42,767 bases of DNA from Octopus bimaculoides (lineage: Eukaryota), in contig NC_068983.1 in assembly GCF_001194135.2 (NCBI RefSeq), positions 1,607,360 to 1,650,126 of the forward strand, given 5' to 3'. The notes under the pieces are model-generated. The model was not told the origin of the DNA. It did no database searches and saw only the letters and a list, made by a program, of their open reading frames with translations. Shown here piece by piece: positions 1 to 11,031 of this stretch (position 1 is the first letter of the stretch; each line of letters starts with the position of its first letter). The position numbers were made by a program, and so were the translations under genes.

Positions 1-240
1 AGAGGCAATCGACCACGTGTGAAGGCCTAGCCATATTTCTTTTACGAAATATGGCAAATAAGCTGGAGAAAAATCAAAAACTTTTGGAAATAAACTCCAG
101 AAGGAGCCACTTCCTATTACAAAAACCCAATAGGGTCGAAGTGTATAGACTTATACACCTCTTCCGCAAAAAATATTTTAAAACTGCAACATTTTTGACA
201 TATAAAAGGCCAACTTACTTGCGAGCCGATGCGACTAGCA

Positions 241-245
241 TAGAC

Positions 246-319
<74 letters not shown>

Positions 320-353
320 ACATACAGCTTGATAGATAGACAGATAGATAGAT
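241..353. repeat. (TAGA)n tetranucleotide microsatellite
   Basis: Directly visible TAGA/GATA run. It produces the spurious YLSI-rich minus-strand ORFs at 117-438. Confidence 0.97.
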
Positions 354-879
354 GGAAATAAAGATATACAGAAAGAGAAATAGAGAGTGAGAGAGAGAGA
401 GAAAGGTAGCGATTGCACACACTCATACTTATATACACACTAAATTTTCAACCAAGAATCGAAACCTCGTGTTGCATGTTCGATTTCTCCTTGTTCTCTC
501 GATGGCAACAGTCAACTTCGTTCCCACTTCAAGTGACGCTGTATGTAACTTATCGAATTCCATTGTTGCTGAACTAGATCAGCTTCAGGACCGTACGTTT
601 AACAATAATTGTATTTGTGGATATGTGTGTGTGAGTGTGTGTGTGTGTGTGTGTGTGCATAGATGTTGGTGTATGTGTATGTGTCAAGGAAGCGTGAACG
701 AGTAAGACACGTATGTGTTTGCTTGGAAGTGTGAAATGTGAAGGTGTGTGTGTGCTAATTGCGTAGGTGTATTTTAGTGTATGCAGATGTGCGGTCGAGG
801 TGTGGATAGAAATGGTGAGGTGTAAGTATAAAAGGGCTACATGAAAGATGCATAGAAGAAAGGGAGAGAGAAAAAAAGG

Positions 880-2080
880 ATGTGGTCATAGTAAGAGGTC
901 AGAGCAATTAGAAGAAGTAGAGACGAACTGAGGAGGTGAATTGAAACTGAAAGGTAAATGGGTTTGGAGATAGAAAATAAGTTTGCGTTCACTCAGGAGG
1001 AGATATGTGGAAGACCGAGAGCTAATACGTGGAATGATCAACTGACAGTAATGTCATAAGACAAATGACCCATTACGAAATCGGATGTCTTGAGTTGCCC
1101 AGCGAAACTAGCAACAAACTGGCAGCCTGTTTCCTCGATCTAAATAAGTTGCAGAGAGAATATTCTAGTCACTAGAATCTAGTGAATATATGGGGTTATT
1201 AGAGGTGCAGCGAAAGGAGTTCCTAACGCAGAAAGTGCCGTGAATGGGTCTGATGAGTGTGGTGGTGATACAAAGGAAAGTGTTGGAATATATTAGCGGG
1301 AATGGAAGAAGGAAAATCCGAGGAGAAAGNNNNNNNNNNNNNNNNNNNNNNNNNNNNNNNNNNNNNNNNNNNNNNNNNNNNNNNNNNNNNNNNNNNNNNN
1401 NNNNNNNNNNNNNNNNNNNNNNNNNNNNNNNNNNNNAAAGTGTTGGAATATATTAGCGGGAATGGAAGAAGGAAAATCCGAGGAGAAAGTTGTATGGGGT
1501 AGGAACAGCTACAGACTAGTCGACTGCACCAGTTGCAGAAAGAGAGAATGGGTAGCAGAGAACAGAAACAGGAAGTGGTAGGTTTAGATTGCAGTTGGAG
1601 CAAGAAACAAAAGATGGTGTGTTGTAGGTGCAACGAACCCAGAAATGGTAGGAAATTCGGGGAGGAGTGTAAGGGCTGAGGTACGATCAACAGCATAGAC
1701 ACGGCAAGGAGCAACAATGGACAATGAAGATGAAGTGGCCCATAGTTTGAACCTGCTTACCAAAGTTGATACAGCAGTTAATGAGGCGCCGGAGACAGAG
1801 CAAATTGGGATTAAGTGACAGAGGTTTTACTGTGGGTGGGAGTGAAGAGGAAATTGATGGTAGGAGTGGGAATTGTAGGGGTTGAAGATGGAAGTGGTGA
1901 TGTTATGTGGGGAGCGAAGAGTAAACGAAACGAAGCGAGAGAGAAGTGTGGGTGGGAAACCGACATGATGTGAAATGATGCCGCAGACTGAACGGCGACA
2001 AATGGCGTCGGTGAGTGAGGTGAAGTGACGAGCGCCGAGTAAATTGACCATGCATAGACAAGCATCTCATAGGTGTTAAT
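880..2080 (-). mobile_element. Degenerate Penelope-like element (RT C-terminal/thumb region to GIY-YIG endonuclease), split by an N gap
   Basis: Minus-strand translation across frameshifts gives PNLLCLRRLI (~1790; cf. SQFLRLRRIC), RVYAVDRTSALT (~1690), SNTFLCITTTLIRPIHGTFCVRNSFRCTSNNPIY (~1280-1185; cf. FTCTSSNLIY) and IEETGCQFVASF (~1130; cf. YIGETGRRL..RF). The order matches PLE RT-linker-GIY-YIG. Confidence 0.6.
1330..1436. other. Assembly gap (N run) flanked by an identical 53-bp duplication
   Basis: 1277-1329 is identical to 1437-1489. Confidence 0.98.
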
Positions 2081-2145
2081 GCGTTAACTATTTTGCCAAC
2101 TTACCGCCAAGCAGACTATATAAGTCTGTCCGTCCGTATATGCAT

Positions 2146-2191
<46 letters not shown>

Positions 2192-3022
2192 ACACACACA
2201 CACATACANNNNNNNNNNNNNNNNNNNNNNNNNNNNNNNNNNNNNNNNNNNNNNNNNNNNNNNNNNNNNNNNNNNNNNNNNNNNNNNNNNNNNNNNNNNN
2301 NNNNNNNNNNNNNNNNNNNNNNNNNNNNNNNNNNNNNNNNNNNNNNNNNNNNNNNNNNNNNNNNNNNNNNNNNNNNNNNNNNNNNNNNNNNNNNNNNNNN
2401 NNNNNNNNNNNNNNNNNNNNNNNNNNNNNNNNNNNNNNNNNNNNNNNNNNNNNNNNNNNNNNNNNNNNNNNNNNNNNNNNNNNNNNNNNNNNNNNNNNNN
2501 NNNNNNNNNNNNNNNNNNNNNNNNNNNNNNNNNNNNNNNNNNNNNNNNNNNNNNNNNNNNNNNNNNNNNNNNNNNNNNNNNNNNNNNNNNNNNNNNNNNN
2601 NNNNNNNNNNNNNNNNNNNNNNNNNNNNNNNNNNNNNNNNNNNNNNNNNNNNNNNNNNNNNNNNNNNNNNNNNNNNNNNNNNNNNNNNNNNNNNNNNNNN
2701 NNNNNNNNNNNNNNNNNNNNNNNNNNNNNNNNNNNNNNNNNNNNNNNNNNNNNNNNNNNNNNNNNNNNNNNNNNNNNNNNNNNNNNNNNNNNNNNNNNNN
2801 NNNNNNNNNNNNNNNNNNNNNNNNNNNNNNNNNNNNNNNNNNNNNNNNNNNNNNNNNNNNNNNNNNNNNNNNNNNNNNNNNNNNNNNNNNNNNNNNNNNN
2901 NNNNNNNNNNNNNNNNNNNNNNNNNNNNNNNNNTATATATATATATATAAATAAACAAGAAGGGTATATATATATATATATATATACCTGAATGTATGTA
3001 TGTATGTATGTATGTATGTATA
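2146..3022. repeat. (CA)n, N gap 2209-2933, (TA)n and (ATGT)n microsatellite complex
   Basis: Direct inspection. All ORFs at 2084-3047 are gap or microsatellite artefacts. Confidence 0.95.
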
Positions 3023-3069
3023 CGCATACACTCTCATACACGATCATGCATCATTACAATTTGTTCCCA

Positions 3070-3420
3070 TCTCAACACGGTATTTAAAGTTGGAAAATAT
3101 CAGGAGACTTCCTATATGTTTCTCTTCCCTATCGTTTATCCTCGAAATCAGCACCTTACCTTCTAAATCAAGAGTAGTAACATTATAATCGCCTCACCCG
3201 GGGCCCAGAATCCTGAGTAAGAACAGAGATGATGCTAGGTTGATTGGTAGAAGTGTAAGAACATTGTTTGGACGTCTTTTGACTTGGGTGTACCTCCATT
3301 ATATTGGTCTCTTCGGCGATTTTAACAAAGTGCAATCTCTTACAAGCAATCGGATCAGTTTCTGGTTTGAGGATTAATTCCACTCTCTTTCGTCTTTAAC
3401 CAGGGAAGCCCTGTAAAAAA
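3070..3420 (-). mobile_element. Possible highly decayed Ty3/gypsy pol (RT N-terminal) fragment
   Basis: VELILKPETDPIACKR resembles the gypsy pre-RT linker. SIISVLTQDSGPRVR followed by a frameshift into GDYNVT resembles PIVVV.K.DG.VRICGDYKVT. Weak, by-eye similarity only. Confidence 0.3.
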
Positions 3421-3685
3421 TCATTGCCACAGTCCGCACTCCTGACTATAATAGAAATAAATATTAAAACATCATCTTCTGACCGTATTATCCTCTCTGA
3501 AGATGAGAAAATATTATTAAACTGTATAACCATGATATTAGATATTCATTCACACTGCATCGGTGCATTTTCAAAAGTTGTCACAGTAGCACTGGTATTG
3601 AAATTAATTCTCTGCAATCTATAATCTAATAACCATTCTCCATATGTATCTATAATGTACTTGTTCCATATATATCTATAATGTA

Positions 3686-3841
3686 CTTAAACTTACAAAT
3701 ATATATAACGTACAGAAAATTGCACCACTGGACACTGCACACATCTTACGCAAAACTCTTTCAATACAGTAGCCATAAGAGCATCACAGCAAACCACAGC
3801 ACATACTCAAGGCACACAGAGCTGCGCTCGGTAGTCAAGTG
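3686..3841 (+). mobile_element. 3' tail fragment of an R4/Dong-type (RLE) non-LTR retrotransposon
   Basis: Encodes IYNVQKIAPLDTAHILRKTLSIQ* (cf. the RLE-element C-terminus QK..LLGTAHILRK.L) plus 3' UTR. Identical over 150 bp to 5591-5740. Confidence 0.7.
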
Positions 3842-3965
3842 TCTATTTATGAATTACAACTAAAAGAAACTCTATATTGTGTATGTTTATTAAACATATC
3901 AACTCATTTCGACATATTGAATATTTTTTCATATTGTATTACACTCAAACTTATATACAACCTTA

Positions 3966-3992
3966 AATATATATACATACATATATACATAC

Positions 3993-4051
<59 letters not shown>

Positions 4052-4215
4052 NNNNNNNNNNNNNNNNNNNNNNNNNNNNNNNNNNNNNNNNNNNNNNNNN
4101 NNNNNNNNNNNNNNNNNNNNNNNNNNNNNNNNNNNNNNNNNNNNNNNNNNNNNNNNNNNNNNNNNNNNNNNNNNNNNNNNNNNNNNNNNNNNNNNNNNNN
4201 NNNNNNNNNNNNNNN

Positions 4216-4264
<49 letters not shown>
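3966..4264. repeat. (TA)n/(TACA)n, N gap 4052-4215 and (GT)n
   Basis: Direct inspection. Confidence 0.95.
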
Positions 4265-4266
<2 letters not shown>

Positions 4267-4485
4267 TTGATGCCTGTGTTTTCCCCTCCCATTACACTTA
4301 ACAACCGGTGATGTTGTGTTTACCTCCCCGTAACGTGGTGATTCTGCAAAAGAGACCAATAGAATAAGAACTAGGTTTACAAAGAACAAAACCCGGGGTC
4401 GATGTCTTCCACTAAAAATCCCTGTATAGCGTTGCTCCAGCATGGGCGCACTCAAATGATTGAAACAAGTAGAAGAATAAAAGAA
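4265..4485 (+). mobile_element. SINE 3' half (LINE-related tail)
   Basis: Homologous to 33245-33417. Ends in GCGTTGCTCCAGCATGG...TGAAACAAGTAGAAGAATAAAAGAA and follows a (GT)n run, as does the SINE head at 30094-30250. Confidence 0.72.
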
Positions 4486-5481
4486 CACACACACACACAC
4501 ATATGAATACGTAAATATATATACATACTTCAACATATGTGAGTGTGTAGACTGCAGAATGTACACCGTTTATTTCGTAGAGGGCGCTGATTCAGATCAA
4601 TGTGATTCAAAATGTAATCTGTCAACGAATGAGGACATGGTCTACCATAGCTGTAGATAAGACAGATACCATTATGTTTCAGCAATTATTTATATAATTA
4701 CATTACATCCTTCATAATATTCTCGTTAAATGATACCGTAATGCACTTCATTTTCAATTAATGTAATACTACTGTTGTACATCGCATTCTGCTCGTGTGG
4801 TACCCAATCTATTAGAAGTATATAAAACTTCAATATTTACCGCAGTGGTAAATATAGCCATTTTGCTAATATTTATCTTGCGTCTCCTCCTCTCTGAAGC
4901 CAAATATTAATTCGTGTATTATAATTACTTTGTAAAAATACTGCTTCACTCCCAACCCCCAACTCTACACATCTATTATAAAATTAAGTCAATCTTTAGC
5001 TGCTTACTCTTCTGGTTTCATGTGAGTACTTAATCGTTTGGCTCTAATCGAAGTTCAATATTTTCTTCCAAAATAATCACTCAGACACTAAAACATCTAT
5101 TTTCAGTTATTATTTAAAGCAATGTTTTTTTTTCCATCGAACAAGCTTCAAAATTTGTCAATGAATTTCCCCCATATTTCCCAACTTATTTGTTTTCCCC
5201 TTACCCTATCCACTCTTTTCCAAATTCAGAACATAACTTGTTTATTCTATTTTGTTTCTTTATTTCTCATAAAGTATCTACTTCTTCACTTCTCGCCCTT
5301 CAACCCATTAATTTCTAAATTATTATAGCTACCAATTAGATACATTCTTCTTTCCCCATTATCATGATGTTGATTGTGTTTATAATTATCGTATTGATAA
5401 ACTAATAAATCCGTTGATCACAATGCAATGGAACAACTATACTGTGGTAGGTGTGGTCTCGTATATGACGACGTTAATAGC

Positions 5482-5593
5482 AATAATAATCCTTTCTACG
5501 CGAAGGAGAGAACTCGTGGATAACATCGACTCCAGTACGCAACTGGTACTTAATTTAACGAACCCGAAAAGATGAAAGCCAATTCTCCGCCTT
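5482..5593 (-). mobile_element. Internally deleted SINE copy (family of 7530-7718)
   Basis: Its reverse complement shares TTTCATC.TTTCG..TCG.TAAA..AAGTACCAGTTG..ACTG.. with 7530-7718. Confidence 0.55.
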
Positions 5594-5777
5594 AAACTTA
5601 CAAATATATATAACGTACAGAAAATTGCACCACTGGACACTGCACACATCTTACGCAAAACTCTTTCAATACAGTAGCCATAAGAGCATCACAGCAAACC
5701 ACAGCACATACTCAAGGCACACAGAGCTGCGCTCGGTAGTGAAGTGAAAGCACGTTATAAAAATAAAACTACTGAAC
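5591..5777 (+). mobile_element. 3' tail of an R4/Dong-type retrotransposon ending in (AAT)n
   Basis: QKIAPLDTAHILRKTLSIQ* plus 3' UTR, running directly into (AAT)n at 5778-5830. Confidence 0.75.
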
Positions 5778-5796
5778 AATAATAATAATAATAATG

Positions 5797-5830
<34 letters not shown>
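5778..5830. repeat. (AAT)n microsatellite
   Basis: Direct inspection; one GAT interruption. Confidence 0.97.
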
Positions 5831-6388
5831 GTATTATCACATCAATAATTAACTGATAGAAAGATAGATGCGACTAGGCCAGATATATTGAAAGACTTCA
5901 GATAAAAATCATGCCTCCTCATTGATGTGACTGTCCCAATCGACATAAATGTATCTGTCAAGCCCTACCAAAAACTGAGCAAGTACAAAGATCATGAAAT
6001 AGAAATTGGTAAAATGTTGAACATCAGGGCTAATACAATACCTGTTGTCGTAGGTACCCTAGGAATGATAGCTGATTCGTACCTAGCTCAGATAACAGGA
6101 AACCCCAAAATGGCAGAAATTCAAGAGATAGTGCTCATGGGAGCTGCCCATATTCTACGTAAAATACTGTGTATGTAATCTCAAATTTTGAAGCCATCTT
6201 TTAATTTTCTTATGGTTTATTAAACATTCTCTAGAACAATATTATGTACAGATATATAACATATATGCACCAAATATATGACACCCTAGGCATTATACAA
6301 ACATGAAATTTTAACTTGTTGTCTCTTGTGGTCTCTGGGTGAGATTTGCAGCCAACTTGTACAAATTCAAAGCAAAAGTCAAACATAT

Positions 6389-6390
<2 letters not shown>
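5831..6390 (+). mobile_element. 5'-truncated R4/Dong-type retrotransposon: RLE endonuclease domain plus 3' UTR
   Basis: LTDRKIDATRPDILKDFR*KSCLLIDVTVPIDINVSVKPYQKLSKYKDHEIEI...IPVVVGTLGMI...LMGAAHILRKILCM* carries the RLE motifs RPD, D.TVP and KL.KY. (TAA)n lies on both sides. Confidence 0.85.
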
Positions 6391-6472
<82 letters not shown>

Positions 6473-6480
6473 AAGAAGAA
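6391..6480. repeat. Compound (TAA)n(GAA)n microsatellite
   Basis: Direct inspection; the motif switches at ~6445. Confidence 0.97.
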
Positions 6481-7101
6481 AAGTATACGATAGTTGAAAA
6501 TAACCAAATAGCATGGAACTAGGCTACAGATAGCAATCCCACTACCTGTGCGATATTGCAGGAGTTGCAACAAAATCTGAATTAAAAGGGTTCAACAAAA
6601 TCGCTGGAAGGCAACACTCCTCCCTCCACCTCGAAGAATTTCATTAGGGATTGGCCAAAGAAGAAATTGTTCTTTTTTTTTTTTCAGTCCATTCAATCTC
6701 GACCACCATACAACATCTTTTGCTATGGCTACCAAGCGTATAAATACTGCCTGCTTAGAAGCAGGCAGCGGGAAGATCGTCACGATGGATTCAATTGATA
6801 GCTAGATCCAACCCAAACGCGACAGTGGGTGTTCGAAACAAACCCACAGATCAGCAATGCTCAGGAACTGGATGAGTGCATACAGGACAGCTTCGTCGCT
6901 CTGCTCACATCTCGTGTGACTTGGCTGATGGAACTCCCATGCCTGGGGATTTTATTTCAAATAGTAGAGTGGCTAGCTGATCTTATTTGACGCCCACGGT
7001 CTCTTCAAGACCACATTGAGATAATCGGCACGTCAGTGGGCCTGCGGCTCGGCACCTTGAGCAGCAAGTCCCTGCCGTCCAATCGCACATTCATTTGTGA
7101 T

Positions 7102-7140
<39 letters not shown>

Positions 7141-7529
7141 NNNNNNNNNNNNNNNNNNNNNNNNNNNNNNNNNNNNNNNNNNNNNNNNNNNNNNNNNNNN
7201 NNNNNNNNNNNNNNNNNATATCCAAATTCAGAGAATAGAGCAAGCCAAATTCAGGTTACATATATATATCCTAGCTAGCAGATACTCTGATGTAATAATT
7301 ACTCTGCGAGGGGTACTCATATAACTACCCATCAAGCTGAAGAAACCTTATTATATGAAGGTTACATTGTCGTTAAGGAATCCCAATTTAATTCGCCGAA
7401 TAAATTATTTGAAATGCGTGGCGAAGCCGGAAGAACGGAGTAGAAAATGAAATATTTGACTTCTTTACACTGTAAAAGTAAAAGAATATGTATGTATGCA
7501 TGTATGTATGTATGTATAAATAAATAAAG

Positions 7530-7718
7530 AGGCGAGGTACCAGAGTCTTTGCCATTTCGGGCACAACGCTGAGTGGCATTTCTTCTGTCACCACTTTCTG
7601 CGTTCAAATGCCGCCGGGGTTGATATTGCCTTTCATCCTTTCGAAGTCGATAAAAAAAGTACCAGTTGAACACTGAGATCAATGTAAATCACTAACCTTC
7701 TTCCTCGAACTTTTGCCA
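7530..7718 (+). mobile_element. tRNA-derived SINE
   Basis: Starts GGCGAGG after an AT-rich run and has a B-box-like GCGTTCAAATGCC. The body GCCTTTCATCCTTTCGAAGTCGATAAAAAAAGTACCAGTTGAACACTG is shared with the inverted copy at 5482-5593. Confidence 0.7.
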
Positions 7719-7751
7719 ATACATACATACATATATACATATATATATATA

Positions 7752-7919
7752 TAACGGGGCTCCACAATCCACAATGGCTCCTTGTATGAAATTCAGTCTT
7801 ATGACGGTGGTTCGGTGTAGGGGTACAGCAACAAAACGCTTGCTCTAGGAGCAGCGCAGTGGGATTGAACTTGCTAGAACGTGGTTGTATAGTGAGCTTT
7901 TTAATCACGAAGCCATGCT
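7752..7919 (-). mobile_element. tRNA-derived SINE 5' half (family of 30094-30250 and 18005-18144)
   Basis: The reverse complement contains a B-box-like GTTCAATCCCACTGCG, homologous to GGTTCAGTCCCACTGCA at ~30135. Confidence 0.6.
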
Positions 7920-8592
7920 ACAGCCTGAATTTTAGTGTTCACATAAGATGTTCAAATGTATTAATAGCGAATCCGAGACAGGAACATTTCCATTCCCATG
8001 ATCATTTTCCTATAATAAAATGGCAACCAGATACGCCGAAGAAAAAGAATCACGATTTGTGTGAACGGGAATTCAGTTATCTATCAGAATTGTTCCCTTG
8101 AGGTTTTTTTTTTTTTGTATTAAAGAAATCAATTGAAGGCAAAATATTTGACTTTTCATTGGAAAATAATGTTTTCCGCACACAATTTTTTCATACTCTA
8201 ACACAACAAAGCTGCAAGAATATTGAAGTCTGAAGAGAAGTACACCTTATCGCACGTTTATTTTTGCCACAGGAATTACTTTTACCTCACTGTTTTTCTG
8301 TTTTAGATAAAATCCTGGAACTGATAGTGATGTCAGCAATTTATATCACATAGAATATTTGTTGTTTACCAGAATAAATGTAGAGTCTCATATGCTGCTG
8401 GTATTTATTCGTTGTGTATTGTATATTATCTATCAATGCTCAGGTCATACTGGAGCATCGGCTCGTAACTCGAATGTAAATATGACTGGAATTGTGAAAG
8501 TGACATCACGCGGATATGATAGTAGACGCAACTGGATTTTTCTCGTCCGTGATAGATATTGGTGTACAACACCAATGGTTATAAGCCTTTAA

Positions 8593-9260
8593 AGCGAAAC
8601 TTCACCCTGCCTTCTATTTTTCTCTTTCTTTCTGTCTGTTACTTCGTTTGTATCAGCATCAATAGTGACAAGTCATAATTATATATACATCCAGAACATC
8701 GCCAGTAGCTTAGGAGTGAAATTTATGATTTCTAGGTTTTCTGTGAATCAATTTTGATAAAAACTTTTCCCTGCTGGTCTGCACACTATGGCAGCACCAT
8801 TGTTATGTTTTCATTATTCTATGTAACGTCCTGTCTTTTTTAGTTCAGATTCTTCAGTTTTTGGGTAAACCACGCTAATAGCTTTTGAATGAAAATATCT
8901 CATCTAGACTTTTTCTTCACAAAATGAAGGGTAAGGATACACATTAATCATACATTGAGTATATATTTAGCAGAAAACCATAATATTTAACAAAAAAAAA
9001 TATATAAATAAAGGAGGTTACACAGAATAATGAAAACATAACAATGGTGATGCTATAGTGTGCAGACCAGCTGGGAAAAGTTTTATAAAAATCGATTCAC
9101 AAGAAAACGAGAAATCATAAGTTTTACACCTAAGCTATTGGCGACGTTCTGGGTGTATATATAATTATGACTGGTCACTGTTGATGCTGGCATCTACAGT
9201 TGCTTCCGGAGTAACAGACAGAGAGAAAGAGAAACGTAGAAGGCAGGGTGAAGATTTCCT
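8593..9260. mobile_element. Non-autonomous DNA transposon (MITE) with ~240-bp inverted arms and TTAA TSD, Kolobok-like
   Basis: Left arm 8593-8832 is the reverse complement of right arm 9012-9260, with scattered substitutions and one ~10-nt indel. TTAA lies at 8589-8592 and 9261-9264. Termini are AGCGAAACTTCACCC / AGGAAATCTTCACCC. A TTAA TSD with 5'-RR termini is the Kolobok signature; piggyBac ends start CCC. Confidence 0.85.
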
Positions 9261-9840
9261 TTAAAGGGAATGAACCGCCTAAGGCTTATAATCATTTTTG
9301 TTTTTTGCTTTAATATTATTATGCGAGGTCTTTTTTATGATTGAGGTAACATGAAATAATAGCTCCATACATTTAATTTTTTTTTTTTTCCCTTTTCGGT
9401 GTTCTAGTTATTGCATATAACGTTAATTCGCTCTAATGGAGCTAGTCAATGCAACGTACCTTGGGATCATGAAACCAGACGGTCTAACTTCATGTAAAAC
9501 ATCGATATCCTTTTCTTCGTTATTTTTTTCTTCTCCTTACACTTTTGACAGTGGAGAAAAGTGAAGTGATAACGGCAGAGCAATGAAAATTTCAGAATCA
9601 TTTGAAATTAAAATTAACATTATACACAAGTGCGATCGACATTTTCTATTTTCTTTACTTTTATCAGTGGAGCGCAAACGAAGAGGGAGAGAAATTCAGT
9701 GATTAAAAGAGGGAAAGTCTCTAAGGTGTTTCGGATCTCATGCTAGGAGCCTTTGAAGGATCTTGTTCTATTTCTACCATTTATTGTTCATTTTCCCTCC
9801 ACTACTTGTTCGCCTTGTTTGACAATTCTTCAGATGTAAT

Positions 9841-9843
<3 letters not shown>

Positions 9844-9904
<61 letters not shown>
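9844..9904. repeat. (TA)n microsatellite
   Basis: Direct inspection. Confidence 0.97.
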
Positions 9905-9907
<3 letters not shown>

Positions 9908-9959
9908 TAACGAAGACGGCTATAAGTAATATAATACCGGAAAGGGAAAATTCGGTTGT

Positions 9960-10990
9960 CCCTACTGCACAGCTTTTCCTAGTGGTCCTCTCAGTTATGC
10001 CCTCAACTGCCCGGATGGCCACCCTTGCAAGCTACGCAGACGATACGAAAGTGTCGCAGAAAATTCAGGACCCCAGCGATGTTGCACAGCTGCAACAAGA
10101 GTTGGACTCAATTTACAGATGGGCTAACGATAATAATATTCAGTTTAATGCTGAAAAATTCCAAGCCCTGCGCTACCAGCCAAAACTGAATGTAAAACTA
10201 ATAGGGTCCACTGGTCCACAGGGAATTACAATCCCATAGCCTAAATCAGTGAGGAACCTGGGTGTCGACATGAGTGATGATACCTCTTTTCAAGCGCACA
10301 ATACCAGGATGGCGACAAAGTGGAGACGACCGGCTGGATGGATCCTGAGAACATCCAGTACCGGAGATAAGGAAACCATGATGGTTCTCTGGAGGACATT
10401 CGCCCTCACCCGCCTGAATTACTACTCCCAGCTATGGTCACGCAACAGTGTAAAATTAACGGCGGACCTTGAAGCTTCACAAAGATGATCGTCTCTTTGC
10501 AACAGCTCAGCTACTGGCAACGGCTGAAATAGCTAAGACTCTACTCCCTGGAGCGAAGGCGGGAGAGGTATGCCGTAATATACATCTGGAAGATCCTGGA
10601 AGGAATTGTACCAAATTTTGGCATTGAAAGCTACACCACTGCCAGAACAGGTCGACACTGCACAGTGCCAAAGATCCTAGCAATGCCATCGCGTTTCAGG
10701 ACCAGTTACTACAACAGCTTAGGTTTCAGGAGCCCACTGTTTTTTACTATTCTCGCAAAGAGTCTGGGGGACCTACACAAAGTGGATATAAGTATTTTCA
10801 AATAAAAATTGGACCTCTTCCTGTCGAGAGACCCAGATAAATCTACCTCACAGCAAGAGGTGCAAATGAGGGTAGCTACATCAAACTTCATTCTACACCA
10901 AGTGTCATATATTAGAGGAGGATCTCAGTAATAACAGTGTACCAAAACGGCGGTGCGCCATCATGGTCACAGCTCTTAGCTGAAACTACA
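9960..10990 (+). mobile_element. 5'-truncated CR1/L2-group LINE (RT C-terminal half plus 3' UTR), decayed
   Basis: LASYADDTKVSQKI...LQQELDSIYRWANDNNIQFNAEKF...VRNLGVDM...RLNYYSQLW...YWQRLK*LRLYSLERRRERY..IYIWKIL, with stops and a frameshift. It ends in a stem-loop tail followed by (TA)n. Confidence 0.9.

Positions 10991-11031
<41 letters not shown>

Noticed and set aside
117-4566. Long ORFs rich in YI, CV, HT, YLSI or X
   Set aside because: They are translations of dinucleotide or tetranucleotide repeats and N gaps. The same applies at 7036-7324, 14839-15127, 15757-16540, 27630-27936, 28933-29731 and 41703-42416.
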